DNA of 64,000 nt from Ostrea edulis (lineage: Eukaryota). A program made the translations under genes and the position numbers. How positions within the stretch are numbered: position 1 is the stretch's first letter; every line of letters begins with the position of its first letter. Where the stretch lies: assembly GCF_947568905.1 (NCBI RefSeq), contig NC_079165.1, positions 101,122,001 to 101,186,000 on the forward strand, written 5' to 3'. The notes below the pieces were generated by a model. The model made no database searches. It was not told where the DNA came from and saw only the letters and a list, made by a program, of their open reading frames with translations. This document shows positions 1 through 11,300 of this stretch, in pieces.

Positions 1-789
1 CAAAGACTCGAATCTTTTATGTTTACAAACAACCAATGAAATGATAATTTTGTAATTTAAAGCATTTTAATTTTGCACAGTCACAAATTTACCTTTTTTA
101 AGTGGCACATTTTACCTAAAGAATACTTGAAATGTGATATATATAATGAACTTGGATCAACATCCATTTATTTTGAAAACTTTATAAACAACAGGGCTTG
201 AAGCTAACTTTTTATGTCACCAGTCCAGCCAGACTGATGGGGTATAATTTCAACCCGTCCGCAGAAAAATGTACCAGTGCAACAGTATTCCAAAAATAAT
301 TAAACATATTTCGTTAATGTTATTTAAATGAAATCTAACTCAATATGCCTCAGACAATATTGTAACACTTAAATGTGGGATTTATATTTATGAATCAGAT
401 TCTTCTGATATCTACAGATCGAAGCATTCCAAATGTGTGTATAAAATTTCATCAGTATATTTTTCAAAATGATGCTTTAAAAAATTAACCAGTCCCATCG
501 GACTGACTAAAACAAATGTCGGTCAGTCCGCCAGACTTTTATCCAGTCACAGACTGACGGGCATATGTTAATTTCGAGTCCTAAAACAATAACATACCCC
601 AATCTTTGTTTAAACAACAAATGATAAACTCTGCATATACAATGAGCTTCTGTCATAATGTATAATTTTAATTTTTATTCTGAAACCAACTGAACACATT
701 AGACAGTAGATTTTGATCATTAAAAGTAAAAAACAGAATTTGGGGGAAATCGTGAATCAGTTCCTTTAATATTTCAAGATCAATGCCAA

Positions 790-1513
790 ATAAGTCTAGG
801 TTAGAATAGGTCCTCGGTATGCCCTGTTTGTTGTAAGAGGCGACTAAATGGGGCGGTCCTTCGGATGAGACCATAAAAACCAAGGCCCTGTACGTGTCAC
901 AGCAGGTATGGCATGATAAAGATCCTTCCCTGCTCAAATGCTGTAAGTGCCAAGCAGATGCCTAAATTTTGCAGCCCTTCACTGGCAATGCATGGTGACA
1001 CCTCCTTATGAGTGAAAAATTCTCAAGTGGGATGTTAAAGGGGCATGGACACGATTTGAACTGAAAATTTTCAAATTTTATTTTTCCGTAATTAATGTTT
1101 AGAATGCTTAACTAAAGTATTTCTATTGGTCAGTAAAAATTTGAATGTCAGTTATAGAGGTGCATGGGAGATACAGAGCTCACAATTCTTTGTTTTGTAA
1201 ACAAGGCTCGTGCCGTATTTTTGTTTACATAGGTTAAATTTACAAGTAAAAGTTTCCTTAAAAGCAATTTTTTTTCAATTTACAAGTTATTCTGAACACA
1301 ATTAAATAGTTTTTAGTGTTTAGCACATCTCATTTTGTTATAAACATGCTGTTTTCTATTAAGCAATTTATATCTGAACAAAAACATGCCACAAAGAATT
1401 GTGAATGCTGTACATGTGTATCTCACTTGTAACTCAACAATTGATATTCAAATTTTGGTTGGCCATTAGAAATACTTTATAGATACTGTATAAGGGAATA
1501 ATTTCACGGGTTG

Positions 1514-1544
<31 letters not shown>

Positions 1545-1865
1545 GGTTTTTTTTTTCATTTTAGCCACATTCGCGAGTTCATAAATTCACGGATTCGAAT
1601 CACATCACTATAAGCCCCCCCCCCCCTTTGTTTTTTAAAAACATATTGTGTATTAAAGAATAATAAAAATGAAAATATTCACAGTTTCTTAAATTCTTGG
1701 ATTTGTCTAGGCCGCGAATATAGCAAAAATTTTCACCGCGATTTATTTTCCCCCTATACAGTAAATATTGTTATTAAACAATAAAATGGAAATAAAAAAT
1801 TTGAAAATTTTCAGCTTAAATCGTGTCCATGCCCCTATAAACAATATACAACCAACCAAATAAAT
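790..1865 (+). mobile_element. 5'-truncated SINE of a second family, split by a TTAA MITE (body about 790-1038, tail about 1837-1865); second copy at about 46433-46650
   Basis: Shared sequence GTAAGAGGC(G/A)ACTAAATGGGGC ... CTAAATTTTGCA ... ATGAGTGAAAAATT ... GTTAAACAATATACAA(C/T)CAA in both copies. Confidence 0.7.
1039..1836. mobile_element. Non-autonomous DNA transposon with TTAA target (Kolobok-like), containing a nested TACTGTA-ended MITE at 1484-1763
   Basis: About 50-bp TIR AGGGGCATGGACACGATTT / AAATCGTGTCCATGCCCCT; TTAA on the left and ATAA on the right. The inner element has TACTGTATA...TATACAGTA ends. Confidence 0.75.
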
Positions 1866-2377
1866 CTAAATTTTAAAAAACAATGGCAGATAAAGCCTCC
1901 AGATATATAGTTCTCTGATGAATTATTTTTGTTTATAAATTACTGTATTGTTATTTAACAGTGGTTATAATGTTTGGACAGACAGAACAAGACATGGGGC
2001 AAACATGTTTTTTAGGGAAATGGATGAAGGGTGAATTAACTTGACTAAAGAAGTAGAAAAGGAACTGAGTCCTAGTCGCATAATCGCTTTGATTAGGAGA
2101 AAGTAATTTAAAAATTGGCAGCTGAAATGTTCTCAGGGCGAGTAAGTCTTTGGCAGGGCTTACAATTTTTACAGTCAGCCCTGCTTGTCTAGCTAATTTT
2201 ACAGTGAGTTTCAAACACTGGTAAGCATACATGAATGATTAAGTTAAAAAAATTACTTTGTTCATTTATGAGTTTTTGTTCTTGCTTTGTGAGATGCTTG
2301 TTTGGTACATATATAACAAAATTGTGTGTTAGATATAGCCCAAAATTTTGTAATATTTTCATGTTTTTCCCTTGCAG

Positions 2378-5300
2378 ACCATTCCTCTAAAAGAAGGGAC
2401 AGATACATACAACACATGGCTGGACCCACCAGTGCCCATTTACTTCCAGATCTATGTTCTAGATCTACAGAATCCAATTGAAGTTGTCAAAAATGGTGCA
2501 AAACCCTCTTTCATCGAGAAAGGGCCCTACACATATAGGGAGCACAGAGCAAAATGGCAGATTAATAGTTACGATAATGGAACTCTCTCATACAGAGAAA
2601 ACAGAAGTTTTGTGTTTGAGAGGAAGAAATCCGTTGGTCCACACGAGGAAAAATTCACAACTGCTAATCTCATCTTGGTTGTGAGTTTATTTGTAGATTG
2701 AAGGGTTTTATTTTCCAATGATACTGCGAATTCATCATTTTTGTTGGGACCAAACTGGTGTAAAAAGGCTGTTTGAAAAGTTTGCAAATACAGTAAATTG
2801 TGAGAAAATGACTCGCACTTGAGATTGTTGGTTTTATTTTATCCAAATTCTAACAATTCACGATAAGTATTCAAAAAATCATGCATATCTTTTGCAAAAT
2901 AAAAAGATTCGCTGATTTTTTCATGGCAGGGTGCCAGTTCATGTCAAGTTCTTCAGATGTCCCATGACGTCAGATACCTTTTCAAAGATATTCATCATTT
3001 AATATCGAGCACTTCTCATGTCATTTCACCAACTGTAGAATGTATTTCTTGACTTGTCATTGTTTCTCCCCCCCCCCTTTGTTTTTTGTAGCATATTTTA
3101 GCTCAGTTAGATCTGAGAATCATGGACCACGCAGAGCAAATTCCACACTGACATGGGGAAATAAAGCAAAAATTAATAGGTGCAAGATCAGGGCTACATG
3201 AAAGGTGTTTCAAGGCTTCCAAACCTAGTAAAAATATTTAGTCCTATCATCCTTGAAAAGGTGATGCCATTTATATACTATGGCTTTAGAGACATTTAAT
3301 CCATCTCCAGCAGCATTATCCCTAAACATTTCAGTCTCGGATCACTGATTTTCCGGCCCATATACAAAATTTTATTACAGCGTGGAGCTACATGACATTA
3401 CCGTTTTTAATTTTTTTTAAAAGAGTGTGCTTACCATCCATAAAGATTGATTATAATGCGGTAATGTGATAATGTTACTGATATAATTCAAACTTTTACA
3501 AAATGACTTTCATTTGCTGTTGAAAACTGATATTAAATATGAGTTTTTATGTGCTGAAAAAAAATGTATTGAATCATCAGATCATAATTTGAAATACTTT
3601 TTTAAGAAAACATGCAAAAACATCATGTTTCATTAAGCCCATTTTCAAATATCTCATTGGCTATATTATTCTTAAAATTCATTGGAAAACATCAAATCTT
3701 TGCATATTCATTGGACTATACCCACAGTTAAAGCATGCAAAATTTTATTGGTTTCTGGTGTAATATATGTGATAATGATGCAGCTTCTCTACTAACGTTT
3801 CAAACAGCCCTCGTATTTGTTTAAGATACTGTTTTGTTGATACAAATGTAGTTAATTTTGTTGATACAAATGTATTTAATTTTTGGAAAAGCTGCTCCAT
3901 GTTTTCATGAGCAAACAATTTTACTTTTTTGAACACAAGATATCAAGATCTGGCACAACTACAAATTAAAACAAGGAAAATTTTGTATTCAGTCAAAATT
4001 GATGAAACTGCTGTATATATTGTACAGGGCTTACAAAGTATAGTCTTTGAATTTACAAAAAAAAGCTGATAAAGATATAACTAAACACATACATTTCCTT
4101 GTATTTGAAGACAGAGGGTCAAATTACAGGGTGTCAGCTGACATTTAACAATGAAATGGACCCTGAATATATGTGTTGCTTTTGTCATACAAGGGAAGTG
4201 GATTAATACACACTCTAAAAAGTGATCTTTTGTATTTTCAGACAATTGCTGATATCATAAGAAGAGAATACTCCATGATTCAGGAGTTGGTAGAATTTAT
4301 ACTGGAGTGGGGAAATGACAGTAACCTCTTCACGACCTTATCTGTGAAGGACATTATGTGGGGATATGAAGATCCCTTGCTGAAAAAGTTCAAGTCCATT
4401 GTGCAAAAATTCGACAATAAAACCACGTTTGATGACAAGTTTGGTTTATTCTATAAAGTAAGGAATCTGTTTTCTTTTCACCTTTAGAAAATACATTATG
4501 TGTGATGTAAATCAGATTCCAAAACTCCTTTGTTACTGCTATATGGCAGTATAATTTGATTTATCACGATGTTTTGTTTGTATTTAGCAAAATGGATCAG
4601 ATGATGGGCTGTATACTATATTCTCTGGAACGAAGTCATCAGATAATTTTGGTTTAATTCAACGGTGGAATAAACAAACGTATGTTTAAATCTTAGAATT
4701 CGGATCAATTCCTTTATTGTTTATAATCAAGAAATATACATTTCCTTATTTCAAACATGTGATGCTGTTCCATTTTTGACCTATTTTAGACTTTGATATA
4801 TAATGCTGTACAATTCTTACACACTTTTTAAAATAATTTACAGTTCTCTTCCATACTGGACGACACCTTCTTGCAATATGATAAATGGATCAGGTAAATG
4901 TTTTAGTTTACCCTTACAAAGTCAGAAGAACTTTATGTATACCCCTGGTGTTTGCTTCAATCCCAGGATGAGGTCTTCCCCAAATTTACCACATGTCCAT
5001 TGATGTTGCATCTACAGATGCATACTACCAATTATACTACAAGTGTCCTACACATAAGTTTGCAGAAAGAAGAGTGATAAGGTTGAAAATATTTGAAACA
5101 GGCAAATTGCCTTATGGTCAAGATTTTTATTGTATTGAATTATCAGATATCACAGAAACTCCATGTATAGTCAAAGTAAAATTTTCCTATTTATAAAGAG
5201 TTAGATCAAGTTTTAAAACAATAAGTGTTTCACTACAAATTCATGTATTACTATGTCTGTCAAAAGGGATGTGCTTTTCATTCAGTTTTTTGTATATGTA

Positions 5301-8300
5301 AAACTTTGTTTGTTAATGTGTGTGTTTGTCTGTTGGTGTGTTTGTTAATGTGTGTGTTTGTTAATGTGTGTGTTTGTTAATGTGTGTGTTTGTCTGTCGG
5401 TGTGTTTGTTAATGTGTGTGTTTGTTAATGTGTGTGTTTGTTAATGTGTGTGTTTGTTAATGTGTGTGTTTGTCTGTTGGTGTGTTTGTTAATGTGTGTG
5501 TTTGTCTGTTGGTGTGTTTGTTAATGTGTGTGTTTGTTAATGTGTGTGTTTGTTAATGTGTGTGTTTGTTAATGTGTGTGTTTGTCTGTTGGTGTGTTTG
5601 TTAATGTGTGTGTTTGTCTGTCGGTGTGTTTGTTAATGTGTGTGTTTGTTAATGTGTGTGTTTGTTAATGTGTGTGTTTGTTAATGTGTGTGTTTGTATG
5701 TTGGTGTGTTTGTTAATGTGTGTGTTTGTCTGTTGGTGTGTTTGTTAATGTGTGTGTTTGTCTGTCGGTGTGTTTGTTAATGTGTGTGTTTGTCTGTTGG
5801 TGTGTTTGTTAATGTGTGTGTTTGTCTGTTGGTGTGTTTGTTAATGTGTGTGTTTGTTAATGTGTGTGTTTGTCTGTTGGTGTGTTTGTTAATGTGTGTG
5901 TTTGTCTGTCGGTGTGTTTGTCTGTTGGTGTGTTTGTTAATGTGTGTGTTTGTCTGTCGGTGTGTTTGTTAATGTGTGTGTTTGTTAATGTGTGTGTTTG
6001 TTAATGTGTGTGTTTGTTAATGTGTGTGTTTGTCTGTCGGTGTGTTTGTTAATGTGTGTGTTTGTTAATGTGTGTGTTTGTCTGTCAGTGTGTTTGTTAA
6101 TGTGTGTGTTTGTCTGTTGGTGTGTTTGTTAATGTGTGTGTTTGTTAATGTGTGTGTTTGTTAATGTGTGTGTTTGTTAATGTGTGTGTTTGTCTGTCAG
6201 TGTGTTTGTTAATGTGTGTGTTTGTTAATGTGTGTGTTTGTTAATGTGTGTGTTTGTCTGTTGGTGTGTTTGTTAATGTGTGTGTTTGTTAATGTGTGTG
6301 TTTGTCTGTCGGTGTGTTTGTTAATGTGTGTGTTTGTTAATGTGTGTGTTTGTTAATGTGTGTGTTTGTCTGTCAGTGTGTTTGTTAATGTGTGTGTTTG
6401 TTAATGTGTGTGTTTGTTAATGTGTGTGTTTGTAAATGTGTGTGTTTGTCTGTCAGTGTGTTTGTTAATGTGTGTGTTTGTCTGTTGTTGTGTTTGTTAA
6501 TGTGTGTGTTTGTTAATGTGTGTGTTTGTTAATGTGTGTGTTTGTCTGTCGGTGTGTTTGTTAATGTGTGTGTTTGTCTGTTGGTGTGTTTGTTAATGTG
6601 TGTGTTTGTTAATGTGTGTGTTTGTTAATGTGTGTGTTTGTTAATGTGTGTGTTTGTCTGTTGGTGTGTTTGTTAATGTGTGTGTTTGTTAATGTGTGTG
6701 TTTGTCTGTCGGTGTGTTTGTTAATGTGTGTGTTTGTTAATGTGTGTGTTTGTTAATGTGTGTGTTTGTTAATGTGTGTGTTTGTCTGTTGGTGTGTTTG
6801 TTAATGTGTGTGTTTGTTAATGTGTGTGTTTGTCTGTTGGTGTGTTTGTAAATGTGTGTGTTTGTCTGTCGGTGTGTTTGTTACATACTGTAGACTGCTA
6901 TTGAATAGATGCAAGGAATTTATTATTGCGTAATTACTCGAGATGCATCATTCGCAAAATAGAATTACTCGCTTTTAATTTTCTGTTGCTAAGGTAACAG
7001 ACGACAAGAATTCATGTTCACCTGATGTGAGGTTTACGAGTAATCAATTTCACCGTATTAAGTCCTAACGTAAAATAAGGAATCTACAGCAATGTGCGTT
7101 GTTTAAACAGATGTTACATATTTTAAAGTGTTAGTCTACTTATTTGTGCTTGTAATCTAATTTGTTTACATTTGTTTGTATTATTTGTTTGTGCTTGTTT
7201 ACTAAAGTGTTGTAGTTTAAGGGTCCCTGCATCAAAATGTCTTATATGGTCTTACCTTGTAAATTGTTCTTCAAATCAAAGGTTTAAAGAGACTCAAACC
7301 AGAGTGAAAAGTCCCCACTCCTCAGTTTTTAAATGATCCACAAACAAAGGGAAATAACTTTAAAGGATGTTTTCAGTACTCTGTTTATTAATTGTTCTTT
7401 TGTATTTGTAGATGGGACAATTTTTCCACCATTTGAAGATAAAGGAAAGACATTGTACATATTTTCATCAGATATTTGCAGGTAAATTCTGAAACATTGT
7501 ATTTGAAAATGAACACACCCACTCTCTAGACATACACTGGTCAAATGAACACACCCACTCTCTAGACATACACTGGTCAAATGAACACACCCACTCTCTA
7601 GACATACACTGATCAAAAAAAGAAACGCATAAGAGAGCATAGTAGTAATTTTTCGCTGAATCTTTTAATATGTTTTTTTTTCCATACATGTTTGGGATCT
7701 AGAATGAATTGCCGTATTACCAATTGTTCATCTAATGCATAGTTCACTAATTAGATATGCTGTAGAATTTGAGGACAATAAAACATGTTTTCATAAAATC
7801 CTAAAATCTGTCTCTAACTTGAGATTGTTGTTCCTAATGCACGTGATTCAGGCACCAGTAGTCTATCAATGCATGGGTTCTCAATACTTGATTGTATTGT
7901 CTTTAATTGTAACCTCTTCTTGAGAAATGCCGTGTCTGAATGATGCTTAACGCAACAAGGCAATTTGACGACTGACTCTGACTGGAGGTAGTTGTACCAC
8001 AATTTGCAGTTGTAAGAGATTTCAATGTTGTACAAAGCACTGTATCTTGCCTTTGGAGCAGATATCAACAGCATGGTTCAACAAATGATTGTCATAGAGC
8101 AGGCAGACCACGCGTGACATCAACAGCACAGATCACTTCATCTCCTTGCATCATCTTTGTCAACGATTCACAATAGCATCATCTACAGCATCTTCCATTC
8201 CTGGGATTTGTAGAATATCCGATCAGACTGTTTGTTATTGACTACAGGATGCTGGAATTAGAGTGTGTAAACCTGTCCGTGGTATTGATCCGACTCAGCA

Positions 8301-11300
8301 ACATTGCCAGAACGGACTTCATTAGTCTGAGACTCTGCAACATTGCCAGAACGGACTTCATTAGTCTGAGACTCAGCAACATTGCCAGAACGGACTTCAT
8401 TAGTCTGAGACTCAGCAACATTGCCAGAACGGACTTCATTAGTCTGAGACTCAGCAACATTGCCAGAACGGACTTCATTAGTCTGAGACTCTGCAACATT
8501 GCCAGAACGGACTTCATTAATCTGAGACTCAGCAACATTGCCAGAACGGACTTCATTAGTCTGAGACTCTGCAACCCTGGCAGACTGTTTGATTCAGTGA
8601 TGAATATCGATTTTTGCTGCAGAGGTCTGATGGTAGACCCAGAGTGTATAGGCGCCAAACTGAATGTTTTGCACATTCTGCATCCATGACCCCAACTGGT
8701 TTGGAGGGGGTAGTGCTATGATGTGGGCAGCAATATCCTATACAAGCAGGAAAGCATGGGTTCACATACAGGTTACTTTGATGGTTCAATGGTATATTGA
8801 TGAAGTCATACAGAAACATTTGGTTCTAATAATGCAGCATCCCGGAGCAGTATTCCAACATGACAACGCCAGACCACATATATGTACTGCTCATCTAACA
8901 CGTTGGTCATCTAAATCACCAGATTTCAACCCTATCAAACATGCCTAGGATAAACTAGACAGGCGCATCTGTCAAAGTCAACCACAGCCTCAGACTCTGC
9001 AACAACTGGCCCAAGCTCTGTACTTAGAGTGGAAAAACATCCTAAGACAGTTTTTTAGAGACTTAAATTGCATCCATGGGAAGGCGTTGTCAGTTATCGG
9101 TGCTCATGGGGGGCACACTAGATTTGAACTTGGATGACCTTGAACTGATAATGACTGTAATTATCATTAGTAGTTATTAACCCAGCATTTACATCATTTT
9201 TGTGTTATTAATAAATCAATTATCTAGTATTTTTCATGCCTTAAGGACGACAGACCTACGTAACTTTTGTATCTGTGAATCCGTGACTTTCAAAAATCTG
9301 TCCGTGATTCTTTCGTGTTTTATGTGTAATTTCTGGGATTCCGTAATTGTCCGTGTTTTTACAACCTCCTGTGCATATGCCATGAATCAAACTGTCATAC
9401 GTATGCACAACGAAGTAAAAAAAATGTAGACTCTTGTTATTAAAATTTTACTTCTGAATATAGTTTACATCATGAATATTCTTATTAATAGTAATTACTG
9501 TATTACTCTATAAACAATTAACGATTTACGGCATGCACCAGAAGCGTATTACTTAAAAACCGACGATAATATCTATTTACAACCAACTGCGGAAAAGAGG
9601 GTAGAATTATATTTTGAAATCTTTCAACCATTCATTAAAACGACAAAGAAATAATGACTAAAGCCGTATCAATCAACAACAACCGAAGAACAGTGGCAGG
9701 GATGGGGACCCGGGTGGTTTCTGTCGCGGCTGACAATAAACACGCTATCTCCCCTACCCATTGGATAGATATTTTATTATTATACCAAAGCAGAATACAT
9801 TCCTCTTCCGACAAAAAAACCCAAATCGTTCCGTCATAATGTTGGGAACAGCTGCTATAGTTGTGACGTTGAATACGCCACTGGGCTTTGTATTTGACGT
9901 CACCATGCCGAATTGCGCGGAAAATCGATGCTGCCGTTGAATATATAGTTTGAAGACTATCATCCTAGCGCAGATCTGAGCACAGAACCGATCACACGGC
10001 AGAGATACATACATTTTGGCGAAAATAGTCGGCTTATCATTATCTTTTGATATAGAGAAAAATACATTCAGGTAGAATAATGCGTCTGAGATTGCAATTG
10101 CCAATCAACATGTACCACCATATTACAAAAACATGTATATATGCATTTACATTCAATACAAGTACAAGAAATGTCAGAATTCCTAAAAGTCAATTTTGTT
10201 TCTTAGAGTGTTCATCAGAAAAATCTTATAGATGAAGATGACACTTGAAGTACATGTTAGATCCTATCTTGAAAATGTCCGATAAGTCTTGTACCAATAT
10301 AAAATATGTATGCTTTTATTCAAACATTTGAACTTTTTGAATTTATTTAGAAAGGTTGGAAGATTATGAAAATGAAAACAAAATGTGCACATTACATATA
10401 GACCTACACTATATACAAATCTGTTGTCTTAAGCTGCATACTGAGCTCTATATCGGATTTATTGAATTTGTGACAGTTCATACATTACATATTTTGACAC
10501 CACCCCTGGAATATTATGCAATGACTCGGTGTTTACATATGATTGGTGAACTTTTTCCTAATCCATATGATTATTTAGTATAAAGGAAAAGTATGAAACT
10601 ACAAGTAGAAAACCTATCCATTTCTTATTTAATGACATTTTCCTTGAAAACTGGCCAAAAATCATCCTTTAACATGCTCCCCTGAAAAAGAATTGCCGAT
10701 GACCCATACTTTTTTTCTTATAATTAGTAAGCCTATTGTCTTTTTAAAATCATTCTTTAATTTGGTATAAAACTCCATTGTAGAATTGTTTTTAATTTTT
10801 TTAACTTTTATATTGCACATTGGAAATTTCCCTATATTTCCTTTGCAATTACGACTACTTCATAGCCAACTTTTGAAACGCCCCCCCCCCCCCCCCCCCC
10901 CCGCTGAAAATCAAATACGATTTTCATTTGGTTTTTTCATTGATTTTAACTCATTAATGCATGCTTTACCTTATCTCATAATTTGAATAAAATCTCTATT
11001 GTAGAAACGAATTAGGTCCGTCACCCTTAAAATGAATATGAAATTGCACAATACTTTTCTTTTTGATCAGTATACATGGATAAAAATTGATCCACTCACA
11101 ACATTTGTAGATCTATATACACCGTATATCAGAAAGCAGTAACGTTGAAAGGCATTGATCTGATGAGGTTTGCTGTTCCACCCGAAGTGTTTCTCAACCA
11201 TAAGCTGAACCCCGATAACGAGGGATTCTGTACCCCTGCAGGGCAATGTCTCCCTTCTGGACTCCTCAACGTCAGCTCCTGTAGACAAGGTGAGGGTCAT

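Larger units (their letters stand above)
7607..11072 (+). mobile_element. Tc1/mariner element relic with nested insertions
   Basis: TA-flanked TIRs CACTGATCAAAAAAAGAAA and TTTTCTTTTTGATCAGTA. The transposase remnant (about 7990-9120) has Tc1 motifs AGRPRVT, FGGGSAMMWAAIS, FQHDNARPH and SPDFNPIKHAW, with stops and frameshifts. Confidence 0.8.

Noticed and set aside
191-583. hAT-like MITE with CAGGGCTTGAAGCTAAC / GTTAATTTCGAGTCCTA ends
   Set aside because: The TIRs are imperfect and no clean 8-bp TSD was found; too weak to list as a feature.
8242-8689. Repetitive ORFs on both strands (IARTDFISLRL / LRLMKSVLAML)
   Set aside because: Products of the stop-free 39-bp minisatellite.
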